From: Azolla caroliniana | Taxonomy: Eukaryota; Plantae; Polypodiophyta | Direction of reading: 5' to 3' | Assembly (NCBI GenBank): GCA_043228905.1 | Contig: JBHGNT010000009.1 | Coordinates: 16,368,001-16,432,000 of the forward strand | Length of the DNA stretch: 64,000 nt | Shown: piece after piece, positions 1-11,196 of the stretch | How positions within the stretch are numbered: the first letter of the stretch is position 1 | How the letters are laid out: each line of letters opens with the position of its first letter | Program-made: the position numbers and the translations under genes | The notes under the pieces: generated by a model | Seen by the model: only the letters and a program-made list of their open reading frames with translations | What the model was told of the DNA's origin: nothing | The model's database searches: none

Positions 1-2145
1 GGTAGATGCCACGTTCGTTGCAAGATGCGCAATGCTTTTTAGGTTTCACAAATTTCTATCGCAAGTTTATAAGGGACTACTCACAACTTATTTTGCCTCT
101 CACACAGCTTACAAAGAAGCAGACACGGCTTTTGTGGATCTCAAGAAAGCATTTACATCGACTCCTATTCTAACTCATGTTGATCCCCAAAAACCATTTA
201 TCATTGAGGCAGATGCGTCAGATTTCGTCCTCGATAGTATTTTGTCACAACAAGGAGATGATGAGAAGCTACATCTCGTAGCTTTCCACTTGCGCAAATT
301 TGACACTGCCGAAATCAACCACGAGATACATGATAAGGAGCTATTAGCAATAGTGGACTCTTTTGCACAATGGAGGCATTTCTTATCAAGTCATTGTATT
401 TAGTGATCACAAGAATCTTGCCTACTTCCAGAATGCTCGTGTATTAAATAGACTGATGGTCCCAATTCCTCACTCGTTTCGACTTCAAGATTACATACCG
501 TTTGAGCAAGCAACAAGGGAAGGCAGATACATTATCATGACACTTGTATCTAGCACCTCGTCTTAGTGATCCAACCTTCGATAATCAAAAGCAAGTAATC
601 CTAGGCTCGACATGACTGCAAGCAACGTTGGTTTTTGACACTCCATTAGATTCCCGCCTTTTTGATACCATACGTGAAGATTTGAAGACAGATGTTTTCG
701 CTCAAGCTATTCTAGATCAAATTGATTCCTCTCAAGGATCTTGTTCACAGTCACAACAACTAGGTACAGATTGTTCACAATTCGAATGTCATGATGGATT
801 ACTCTTCTTTAATAAACTTTTGTATGTTCCCAATGCTCCATGTCGTCTTTGAGTAGTTCAAAATTGTCATGACACATACACAAATGGACAGTTTGGTAGT
901 ACTAAAATGTTGGATTTAGTAAAATGATAATTTTGATGGCGTCATATGTGAAGATTTGTCAAAGACTACATTCAGACATGTCATACATGTTGCAGAGCGA
1001 AGATGCCTAGACATCATCCATACGGTTTATTGGAGCCATTACCCATCCCAACAAGCCATGACAATCTATTTCTCTAGATTTTATCACAGATCTTGCGGAT
1101 TCGAAGGGCATCAATGCGATCTTAACAGTGGTTGATCGATATACTAAGATGGCACATTTCTTGCCCTATAGGCTGTACTAAAGAAATCACTAGTGAAGAA
1201 ACTACAAGAGTTGTTATGCGTGAAGTATTTCGACATCATGACCTTCCCGATAGTATCATCAGTGATGGTGGACCACAATTCTTCTCTAAATTTTGGAAGC
1301 ATCTCTTCAAAATGCTCAAGGTTACCTGCAACCTCTCCTCCAGCTATCATCCCCAAATAGATGGTCAAGCAGAACATACAAATCAAACGCTGGAACAATA
1401 TCTTTAGTGTTTTCTAAGCTATCAACAAGATGATTGGGTGGATATTATACATTTGGTTGGATTTAGGCAGAACTATCTACCCACCTACATCAAGCCCAAC
1501 AAACACAAAAGGATTATATGGATCGTCATCGGATTCCATCCTGTTTTGATATTGGAGATCGTGTATGGCTATTACGACGGTTAGGGCCTTTCCGTAGTAA
1601 CGGAAAAATTAATGATGTCACTTTTCCCCTTGAGCAACCTCTGCAACTACGGATACATCCGATATTTCATAGTTCTCTTCTAGAACCTTATTAGGACAAC
1701 ACTATTCCCAATTATATTACACCACCTCCACCCCCGATCGAACTTCAAGATGGACCCGAGTACAAGGTTGCTGCCATCCTCGATTCCAAGATTGTTCGCA
1801 ATAAGCCCTATTATTTGGTCGATTGGCTAGGATATTGCTCCAAAAGGATTTGAACCCATGATATGGCCCCAAAAGAATTTGAACCCATGACTTTGTGTTA
1901 CATGAGTTGACGCCATACCATTAAGCTATGCATTGTAATACAAAAAACATTATTTTCATTTAATATTTCACTATAGGAAATTCATGTATATTCCAGGTTA
2001 CTATGGAACATTCTCGAAACTTCATGAGTACTCCTGACCGTACTATAAATGGAGGCACATGGCATTATTCAGAACCAATTCGGTTCAATGCCAGTCTTAA
2101 TACTCCTAGTTGTTCTTGTATTCTTCTTCATATAATATCCTTCTT

Positions 2146-2189
<44 letters not shown>

Positions 2190-2290
2190 CCTCTCAAGCT
2201 TCTCACACACTCTTTCCCTTCTTAGTACTAATCATCATTCTTCTCCTCTATCTTTAGTACTAATTCTCCTTGCCTCTAGTACTATCCCTG
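1..2290 (+). mobile_element. Degenerate Tcn1-like Ty3/gypsy chromovirus, 3' part (RNase H, integrase, chromodomain, LTR remnant ~1845-2290)
   Basis: Broken ORFs (IIEADASDF, EIHDKELLAIVDSF, IISDGGPQF, GPEYKVAAILDSKIVRNK) closely match the intact pol at 39001-42558. 1870-2285 aligns by eye with the reverse complement of LTR 38546-39008. Confidence 0.9.
1870..1935 (-). promoter_or_regulatory. tRNA-like Pol III A-box/B-box cassette in LTR remnant
   Basis: Minus strand reads TAGCTTAATGGT...AAGTCATGGGTTCAAATTC. T8 at 1928 and G53 at 1884 are 44 nt apart. Confidence 0.6.
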
Positions 2291-3602
2291 AAATTCAATG
2301 GCCTTTTTTAGAAAAAGTCATGGAGGGGTTGGGACTACCCTCCAAATGGAGATCAACTGTGTTGATCCTTTACAAAGAAAGTTTGAGTAGGGTGTGGTGC
2401 CAGGGCATTGGGGCCCACCAATTCCATTATGCAGGTTTGTCAGATGTTCATTGGCCCCGTACCTTTATTTATTTATTTCAAAGGCATTCTCTTTCTTTTT
2501 AAACAGACCGGATGCAGGAATAAAGGGTTTAGTTGTCCCACATGCGAGCAAGGATTTGTTGGAATCAACATATGCAAATGACACTATGCTATATCTGCAA
2601 GGCAATGACGCTAATTTATAGTAGGTCGAAAGCCTGATTGAGTTGTCCTGTCAAGCGTTAGGAGGGAAAATTAATTGGAACAAAAGCAAAGGGTTCTAGG
2701 TAAGTCTAAACCCATGGCGACTTTGGTGTCCTAATGCTAATTTTCAATGGGTTCCCAATGGAATGAATATTATATATTTGGGCTTTTTGGTGGGAGTTGA
2801 GGCGCATAAAAATCAGCATCTTGAGTAGGTGAAAGACAAAATTAGAAAAAAGCTTCAGTTATGGGCATCAGTAAAGCTTTCCCTTGCAGGTAGGGTGGTC
2901 GTGGTAAACCACATTTTGCTAGCCATCATGTGGCACTCAATGAAATGTTGGATGTTAGACAAATCTTGCATAAAAAACATTAAGGCAATGATGTGAGGGT
3001 TCCTTTGGTTAGGCAGAGACCATGAGATGAAATCAACTAAAGTGGCGTAGGGTTGTTTGATCAAGGCAAAAAACTAGGGTAGACATGGGTTGGTGGATCT
3101 AATTCGCCAAAGTAAGGCTTTACTCGGTAAGCTTCTAGTGCGAAGTCTACAACATAGAACAGAATTGTGGAAGGTGCTTCTTAGGGATAGAGCCGACCTT
3201 CGGTGCCCGAGGAATGGTTGCCCTTGGAAGGCAAAGATGTGGTGGTTGTTCAATCCAAGTTTAAAGTTGAATGAACCAACTAGCATGGAGGATAGGATGG
3301 CCCCCACTATAATGAAAGCTTGGTCAAGTTTAAGAGAAGGGTTAGTCTTAATGCAACTGAAAACGTTGGAGGAACATCTCCGACAACCACAGTTTTGGAA
3401 CACCAAGATTAGAAGCAAAGAATGTATAATGCTTGGACAAAAAAAATACTTACCGTGGGGGCATATGTTAGAGTACAATGTTAGTTTGGTAAGAGACTAG
3501 GAGGTTTTCAGAATGAAGAGGAAGGAGAGTCAAACTGGTAGCATTATGTTTATTGGAAGAGTAGAAAAGGTGACCCAGCTGATAGATAAGGATGTTGACG
3601 GT
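2291..3602 (+). mobile_element. Degenerate L1-type LINE ORF2 (reverse transcriptase) fragment
   Basis: Frame-broken motifs QWPFLEKVMEGLG, CSLAPYLYL, YANDT, LSLAGRVVVVNHILL. Cut off at the copia LTR at 3603. Confidence 0.8.
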
Positions 3603-5447
3603 TGTTGAGAGACAATCGGCTAAAGAAGCCAAGAGCCGAATCAGTTGAAGACCGATCGAACAAGCCCGAATCAGCTGAAGAAGTCGAGAGCCGAATCGAA
3701 TAGAGTTCGATTCGGATGAAATCCGAAAGGCCGTTAGGGGCCTATATTCCTATTATAGTAAATTGGAATATTATAGACTATTAAGTGTCAGGCTCAGTTA
3801 ATGAGCATTCAAGTACTTGTTAGTACTTGTGTCAGCCCACTTGTCAGGGCTTGTATATAAAAAGTGCTCACTGAGCACGTTGTATGTACATAGTGTTGAT
3901 TATTGTTGAATACTAGTTTTGTTGTCTGCTCTCTCTCTCTCACACTAAATCTGTATCCATTCTTTATGTTTACCTAACTATAGAGTTCCGAACAATCGAC
4001 TGTCTATCGCACACGCTTCTGTAGACATAACTTTTTCTGGTATCAAAGCGCGAGGGTTAGAAGAATCCTGAGCTGCCGACAAAGCGAACAAGACAGAGGC
4101 AAGTTCTTCATGTTTTGGAAAGAAAAGACAGGAACATGGACAGAGGAATGGGAAGCTCGCTTCCAATAGAAAAGCTCAATAGGAGCAACTACACATCTTG
4201 GTCATACAAGATGCACCAATATCTGCTCGGGCACGATTACTAGAGTTATGTCAAAGGAGCAAATGAAGCAACACCAGATTCGACACACAGGGATTTCCCG
4301 GCCTAGGAACAGACGGCAAGCAGAGTTCTCTATTATTTTCACATCTTGTGTGAACGATCAGCTTTTAAGCTATATTTGGGACACCAAGATGCCAAAGGAT
4401 GCGTAGAGAATCTCAGACATATTTTCGCTGCCAACACAACGGCTAGGAAGCTACAACTCAGGCAGGAGCTCAACAATGTTCGAAAGAAATATCTGTTTGT
4501 GGCTAATTATACAGCCCAAATCAAGGAGATTTGTGACTCCCTTGCCTCCAGCAATGTGACCGTCAAGGAGGACGAAATGGTGCAGGTCTGTCTCGGAGGG
4601 TTGGCGTCAAAGTTTAGAGCATTCCAAACGGCGGTCTACACGAGGGAAAATACACCTTCATTTTTCAAGCTACAATCGATGTTTCTCATGGAAGAAAACC
4701 ACTTGGGTGCGTCAACGAGTATGCACACCAACAACAAGATGTTGTACACAAAGGCGGATCGGCCCCGTGGTCGTGGTGGATGAGGCGGGTCAGCACGCAA
4801 TGGAGGCTACCGACATGAGCACAACTCGAGGCATAATTGAAATGTCGACAACAGTTCCGGGACCCTCCACGAGTAGGGGGAATCAAGGCAGTGTTGGAGG
4901 TCGAATCGGAAAGGCCACGCCGGACTGTTGGTACTGTGGCCGGAAGGGCCATAGAGAGAGCGAGTGCTGGAATAAGCGAGCCGATTCGAACAAAGCCAGA
5001 TTGAGCCAAGGGGATGTAGATAGGCGTCAAAGATTGCACTACACCGAAGGCTCTGGGCGAGCCGAAATGGGCCCAGCCTTCGTAACGAAGTATGGTATGT
5101 GGATTCAGGCACATCAAACCACATGACGAATCACAAGGAGTGGTTCTCAACTCTAGAAAAGCGGGATCAGTCGAGGGTTGTCGAAACTGGTGACGACACC
5201 CCTCACCTCATCGAACACATCGAATATGTCCCTCTGAGCCATGTCGGTCAGAGAGGAATAATGAGAAATGTCTTGCATGTGCCAACAATCACCACGAACT
5301 TGGTGTCGGTCAGACAAATTGTCGACCAGGGCATGCAAGTTCGATTTACTCACCTCAGTTGCTTCATAGAGGAAGAAGGCAAGATCATCGCACAAGGGCG
5401 CAGACATGGGAGGATGTTTATCTTCGAAACCAATGAAGTTGGGACCG
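3603..5447 (+). mobile_element. Ty1/copia 5' half (LTR ~3603-4031, PBS, gag, zinc knuckle, protease), degenerate
   Basis: Starts TG; iMet-type PBS tggtatcaaagcg at 4038; gag motif ARKLQLRQELNN; CWYCGRKGHRESEC knuckle; DSGTSNHM protease. Confidence 0.85.
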
Positions 5448-5796
5448 CTTCGATGGTATGTGGAGTGTCGTCTCCAGTTTCAACCACTCCTTGTGTTTCC
5501 GGTTTCTCCAAGTACAAGAACCATTCCTCGTGACTTTTCATATGATTTGACGCTCCGGAGTCAACATACCACACCTCATTCGGTTTCGAGGTGTTCACAG
5601 CCATCGAATTGGCCTTGTGCTTCATTATGAAGGCTGGGCCTAATCAATTTTCAGCTTGTTCGGAGCCCTCGGTGTAGTGCGTTCGCTGCCAATTTTCTTG
5701 TTCAGTTCGCCCGGAGCCAGATGCGATTTTCTCCGAATCAGCGCGTTTCTTCCAGCACTTGCTCTCCCTGTGGGCTTTCTTGCCATAGTACCAACA

Positions 5797-5961
5797 TGTC
5801 GAATACAAGTGTATAATGGACGTATTCACACTATCCCTTCGGGCCATTTGTGTAATTAGCATAAATGGTAGATGCCCTAAGTCGGTCACTATATATAGTG
5901 ACCTTGTAACCTTGTTGTAAGGTTGGTTGTTGTATTATTACTTTGTGGAATAAAGAGTCTT

Positions 5962-6003
<42 letters not shown>

Positions 6004-6089
6004 AACGACCTAGAAACTGTCATACACAGGTACTCAGAAGGAATCGAATGCTATCTGATCTTCCGCATTGACGGCCTTTGTCTCTAACA
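5797..6089 (+). repeat. 5' LTR of intact copia
   Basis: Direct repeat of 10912-11196; TATATA box at ~5890; (CT)n tract. Confidence 0.95.
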
Positions 6090-6704
6090 TCTGGTATCAG
6101 AGCCTGCACAGTATTCGGTTCTTCAATCCGCTGTCGGCCGTCATCACCGCCTGCACAGCATTCGGTTCTTCACTTCATCACGGCCTGCACAGTATTCGCG
6201 TCATTCGAAGAAAGAGAGAAGAAGAACAAAAACGAGGCTTGCATCTCTTCGCGTTAGATCATCTTCGCTTGGAGTAAGCCAGCCGGTTGTACTCCGTTCC
6301 TTGTGATCGCAACGCTCGAGGTGAAATCCCCTTGTGCAACATTGACACGATCGTGCTCCACTCGGTTAAACGGCATCCGAAAAGGTCATTAAACGCTGCT
6401 CGCCGCTCGTTGTAACCACTCGGTGCAGATCGGTCTCAAGACAACAACCCCAATTCGTGCTTCATCCGGCTGATCGACATTCGAGAGGATCAGTTGGATC
6501 TGTCTCTCTCGTCGCTGCAGCCACCCGAAGCAGAATCGGTCCAGACAATCGGTTTCAATAATCGGTATTCGGCATATATATCCGAAGCCGAACCGACTCG
6601 GGTTCAAATCCGACTAGAACGATATCGGGTGAGCCAACCGGCTGCACTCCAACAAGGTTCGTAGTCAACTCCGAACCGAGCTCCGTCAACCGAAACCAAA
6701 TTTG

Positions 6705-9700
6705 ATGGCATCAACATCCGGCTCGTCAGAAATGAGTCTACGCAAGTTCGATGGATCGAACTTCAACTTCTGGAAGGAGCAAATGCAAGACTATCTCATA
6801 GTCAAGGGGCAAATCGATCCCATCGAAAATGAAGAACCTCCAGAAGGGTACAAACCAATTGAGTGGCAGAAGCTGAACAGAATCGTCCGCGCCACGATTC
6901 AGATGCACCTATCGGAATCGGTATACTTTACGGTGCAATCGTGTATGACAGCATTCGAACTGTGGAAAACACTGTCGGACACTTACGAAAAGAAGGTCGC
7001 CGCAACGAAGATGTTTCTGATCCGGCGCCTCTACAACTTGCGGATGAAAGAATCCGATTCGGTTCAAGCACACCTCAATGAGTACGAAAGCATAAGCTCC
7101 CAAATCTCGTCACAGGGGACGGCAATCGAGGATGAACTCAGAGCAATGATACTCATGAGCAGCCTTCCCTCATCATGGGAAACTTTCGTCACAACCGTGT
7201 GCAACGCGTCAACCACGGCTGTTAAATACTCCGAAGTCACGAGCGCAATCCTGACCGAAGCAACTCGGAGAAAGTCTTTCGCCAAAGACTCAACAGACGA
7301 CGCTTACGTAGTACAAGGTTCGACAGACCGATCGAACATACGAGGAAGAGATTCCTCACGGCCGCCGAACAATCAGCGAAGACGGAGCCAGTCACGGGAT
7401 AACCGAATCTGCAACTATTGCAAGAAACCCGGACATATAAAAGCCGACTGCCGCGCACTCAAGAACAAGAACAACAAGAAGAGTGGCCGGCATGAGGAGA
7501 TCAATTACGTCAGCTTCTCAGCTGATGTGCTACCAGACGACCCGAATATACTATCAATCGAAAATCCAATCGAATCAGAAATCTTACTCACGACTGAAGA
7601 GTCGAGCACATGGCTCTTAGATTCGGGCGCGTCATTTCACGTGACTCCTCATCGATCCCAATTTCGGCAATATACGATCCGTCACTCCGACTCAGTTCGA
7701 GTCGGCAACTCACAACACTGTGACATCATCGGAATCGGCACAGTAGAGCTCAACCTTGCAGGTGGCTCTACACTTGTACTCCACAATGTCCGACATGTAC
7801 CCGAGCTCTCAAGGCCATTGATCTCAGTCGGACAACTAGATGAAGACGGCATTCGTGCCGGTTTTTCTTCGGGAGGGTGGACACTCCACAGGGGGAACCT
7901 CCTGCTTGCTAGAGGACCCAAGATACACTCACTGTATCCGTTACATGTTACGCTCAGAGAGGGTAACCTGTTTTTGGTGGATATTCCTGTGTCATCACTA
8001 TGGCACCGAAGATTAGGACACCTCAGCAAGGCCGGCATTACGCATCTATCTAGAGCCGGATACATCCCCAAACTCTCCTTCTCCGACCATCAATTCTGCG
8101 AGCATTGCCAGTATGGCAAACAAGCAGCCGCATCACACCCGACATCAGCACCAAGAGAAACGAGACCGCTCGATTTAGTCCATTCGGACGTCTGTGGCCC
8201 AATGCCGCATCAGTCTCTAGGCGGTGCCTCTTACTTCGTCAGTTTTATTGACGATTCGACTCGAAAGGTGTGGGCTTATCCGATTCGCACCAAAGATCGT
8301 GTCTTCTCGATCTTCACCGACTGGCTCGCTATGGTAGAAAATCAAACCGACCGAAAGCTGAAATGCTTTCGGACAGACAATGGGGGAGAGTTCAAATCCA
8401 AAGAATTCGTCAAATTCTGCCGACAACGCGGCATCCGACGTGAATTTACGGCACCACACAGCCCGGAGCAAAACGGGATTGCCGAACGCATGAATCGGAC
8501 AATCCAAGAACGGATAGTTTCCATGCTCCAACACTCCGGACTGTCGGATGGCTTCTGGGCAGAGGCTCTACTCACGGCAGTACACATAATCAATATGTCG
8601 CCAAGTAGACCTCTAGGACTTCAAATTCCTCAGGAACTATGGATCGGCAGTAAGCCGAATTACGACAAGCTGAGGATCTTCGGATGCGAGGCGTACGCCC
8701 TTATTCCGAAAGATGATCGCCGAAAACTTGCACCTCGGTCCAGGAAATGCATTTTCCTTGGATATGGATCCGACGGCGAAATGGGATACCGACTCTGGGA
8801 TCCCGAACGCAGACAAATCGTCCGAAGTTCGGACGTTGTGTTCAACGAGTCGGCTATGAATCCATCAGTCGAAAAACCGATCGAAGTCCGAAGGGTAACA
8901 TTTTCCGATGTGCCGACCCTTCAAGAAGGCCCCGCTCTTAACACACGGTCAGCTTCACGGGTAGCTGAACCTTACACTACCGACTCGGACAACTCCGACT
9001 CGGCACAGCCGAATGACTCGCTTTCGGACCATCCGACCTCGATACCCGATGCGACCAGTCCAATCATACCTCGACAATCCGAGAGACTGTCGCAACCTCC
9101 GGAGAGGTATTCTCCTGGAATTTTCTTCACCGACGCCGGCGAACCGACGTCTTACGAAGAAGCATCGACATCTGTCGATTCAGCCACCTGGCATCTTGCG
9201 ATGGAGTCGGAAATGCACTCCATTCGAGCAAACAAGACTTGGGATCTGGTCGAACTACCTAGGAACCGACGTGCTCTTCCTTGCAAGTGGGTTTATCGAC
9301 TAAAAGAGACGTCTGATTCGACCACCCCAAAGTACAAGGCCAGATTAGTTGCGAAGGGCTTCCGACAAGAATATGGCGTCGACTTCGACGAGATTTTTTC
9401 ACCAGTGGTGAAAATGACAACCCTTCGTTTCCTACTCGGCGTAGTGGCAGCCGACAACTTGGAGCTGATTCAGCTAGATGTCAAAACAGCATTCCTCCAT
9501 GGTGATCTTGAAGAGGAAATTTATATGGAGCAGCCAAAAGGCTTCGTGGCAACTGGCCAAGAACATCTAGTCTGCCGACTCAGGAAGAGTCTATACGGCC
9601 TCAAACAGGCACCACGACAATGGTACAAGAAGTTCGACGACTTCATTCAATCGATCGGCTTCTCAAAAAGCGATGAGGACCATTGTCTCTTCACCAACAC

Positions 9701-10718
9701 AGCTCAAGATGGATCACCCATCTTCCTCATCATTTACGTGGACGACATGCTAATTTCTGGACGCCACGCGGGCGAACTTGCCGATCTCATTCGGCAACTG
9801 CGGTTGAAGTTTGCCATGAAGGACCTCGGTCCGGCACGACACATACTCGGCATGAAGATTAGTCGGCATCGCGATAAACAACATCTTTTTTTGTCTCAGA
9901 CCGACTATATCCGACGTGTCTTGGAACGCTTCAACATGCAATCAGCCAAATCTGCTTCAACCCCGCTCCCCATGAATCTTCGGCTCTCTCAGCGAGACTG
10001 CCCGACATCCGGCCCGGAGGGGGAAGATATGAAGTCGGTACCGTATGCACCGGCAGTCGGCTCCCTTATGTACCTGATGGTCGCGACACGGCCTGATATT
10101 TCTCACGCCGTAGGAGTCGTTAGCAGATTTATGCACAATCCCGGCCGATCGCATTGGAACGCAGTCAAGCATGTGTTCAGATATCTAGCTGGCACAAAAG
10201 ACCACGGCATTCTCTTCGGTCCGAACCGAACCTCAGGCGTAGTCGGTTACACCGACTCGGACTTCGCCGGCTGTATAGACAGTCGGAAATCAACAACCGG
10301 ATACTGCTTCAAATTTGGCAATGGAGCAATTTCGTGGAAGTCGAAACTTCAGGAGTGCACAGCGACCTCAACGACCGAAGCAGAATATGTAGCTGCGTCC
10401 GACGCAGCAAAAGAAGCCTTATGGCTCGGTCGGTTGGCGCACACGTTTCGGCAAGTCAATCATGACTCGGCCCCAGTTGTCTATAGCGACAGTCAAGGTG
10501 TTGTTGCCCTGTCGAAAAATCCGGTTCACCACAACGCCTCCAAACATATCGACGTTCGATATCACTTCGTTCGGGACTGCGTCATTTCAGGGAAAATCGG
10601 TCTAGAGAAAATATCTACAACCGACAATGTCGCAGATGGAATGACCAAGTGTCTTTCGGCAGACCGCTTTCGGTCTCTTCGGCATCAGATGGGCGTAACG
10701 ACAAACCAGTCCGGTTAG
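6705..10718 (+). CDS. Copia Gag-Pol polyprotein (gag, CCHC knuckle, protease, GAG-pre-integrase, integrase, RT, RNase H), Tnt1-like
   Basis: ~1337-aa ORF with CNYCKKPGHIKADC, WLLDSGAS, LWHRRLGH, VHSDVCGP, RTDNGGEF, DVKTAFLHG, YVDDM, YTDSDFAG and KHIDVRYHF in copia domain order. Confidence 0.96.
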   Translation: MASTSGSSEMSLRKFDGSNFNFWKEQMQDYLIVKGQIDPIENEEPPEGYKPIEWQKLNRIVRATIQMHLSESVYFTVQSCMTAFELWKTLSDTYEKKVAATKMFLIRRLYNLRMKESDSVQAHLNEYESISSQISSQGTAIEDELRAMILMSSLPSSWETFVTTVCNASTTAVKYSEVTSAILTEATRRKSFAKDSTDDAYVVQGSTDRSNIRGRDSSRPPNNQRRRSQSRDNRICNYCKKPGHIKADCRALKNKNNKKSGRHEEINYVSFSADVLPDDPNILSIENPIESEILLTTEESSTWLLDSGASFHVTPHRSQFRQYTIRHSDSVRVGNSQHCDIIGIGTVELNLAGGSTLVLHNVRHVPELSRPLISVGQLDEDGIRAGFSSGGWTLHRGNLLLARGPKIHSLYPLHVTLREGNLFLVDIPVSSLWHRRLGHLSKAGITHLSRAGYIPKLSFSDHQFCEHCQYGKQAAASHPTSAPRETRPLDLVHSDVCGPMPHQSLGGASYFVSFIDDSTRKVWAYPIRTKDRVFSIFTDWLAMVENQTDRKLKCFRTDNGGEFKSKEFVKFCRQRGIRREFTAPHSPEQNGIAERMNRTIQERIVSMLQHSGLSDGFWAEALLTAVHIINMSPSRPLGLQIPQELWIGSKPNYDKLRIFGCEAYALIPKDDRRKLAPRSRKCIFLGYGSDGEMGYRLWDPERRQIVRSSDVVFNESAMNPSVEKPIEVRRVTFSDVPTLQEGPALNTRSASRVAEPYTTDSDNSDSAQPNDSLSDHPTSIPDATSPIIPRQSERLSQPPERYSPGIFFTDAGEPTSYEEASTSVDSATWHLAMESEMHSIRANKTWDLVELPRNRRALPCKWVYRLKETSDSTTPKYKARLVAKGFRQEYGVDFDEIFSPVVKMTTLRFLLGVVAADNLELIQLDVKTAFLHGDLEEEIYMEQPKGFVATGQEHLVCRLRKSLYGLKQAPRQWYKKFDDFIQSIGFSKSDEDHCLFTNTAQDGSPIFLIIYVDDMLISGRHAGELADLIRQLRLKFAMKDLGPARHILGMKISRHRDKQHLFLSQTDYIRRVLERFNMQSAKSASTPLPMNLRLSQRDCPTSGPEGEDMKSVPYAPAVGSLMYLMVATRPDISHAVGVVSRFMHNPGRSHWNAVKHVFRYLAGTKDHGILFGPNRTSGVVGYTDSDFAGCIDSRKSTTGYCFKFGNGAISWKSKLQECTATSTTEAEYVAASDAAKEALWLGRLAHTFRQVNHDSAPVVYSDSQGVVALSKNPVHHNASKHIDVRYHFVRDCVISGKIGLEKISTTDNVADGMTKCLSADRFRSLRHQMGVTTNQSG

Positions 10719-10911
10719 AGCCGGACACAGCGCAGGATGGTTCCCGACAACCGACATCAGTTCCTTAATGATCGGCTTCAACTGTTTCGACCCGACCAGT
10801 TCGGTCTTCTGCCTTCGGACCCTGCCGACCCGAACAAAGCTGATATGTCCGAGAACCTAAGTCTATACCTGTAATCCTAGATAACCCATGTATACGCCCA
10901 TTACGGGGGAG

Positions 10912-11196
10912 TGTCGAATACAAGTGTATAATGGACGTATTCACACTATCCCTTCGGGCCATTTGTGTAATTAGCATAAATGGTAGATGCCCTAAGTCGG
11001 TCACTATATATAGTGACCTTGTAACCTTGTTGTAAGGTTGGTTGTTGTATTATTACTTTGTGGAATAAAGAGTCTTGTGTCTCTCTCTCTCTCGCTCTCT
11101 CTCTCTGTGCAACGACCTAGAAACTGTCATACACAGGTACTCAGAAGGAATCGAATGCTATCTGATCTTCCGCATTGACGGCCTTTGTCTCTAACA
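10912..11196 (+). repeat. 3' LTR of intact copia
   Basis: Direct repeat of 5797-6089, preceded by the PPT. Confidence 0.95.

Larger units (their letters stand above)
5797..11196 (+). mobile_element. Intact full-length Ty1/copia LTR retrotransposon
   Basis: TG..CA LTRs 5797-6089 and 10912-11196, differing only in the (CT)n tract; 5-bp TSD CAACA (5792-5796, 11197-11201); PBS tggtatcagagcc (iMet) at 6092; PPT acgggggag at 10903-10911; uninterrupted polyprotein. Confidence 0.97.

Noticed and set aside
2003-2502. ORFs with SLSLSL runs
   Set aside because: Translation of the (CT)n tract in an LTR remnant and the adjacent LINE fragment.
6863-10465. Many short overlapping or antisense ORFs within retroelement pol genes
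   Set aside because: Shadow ORFs expected in GC-balanced coding DNA; no recognisable motifs.
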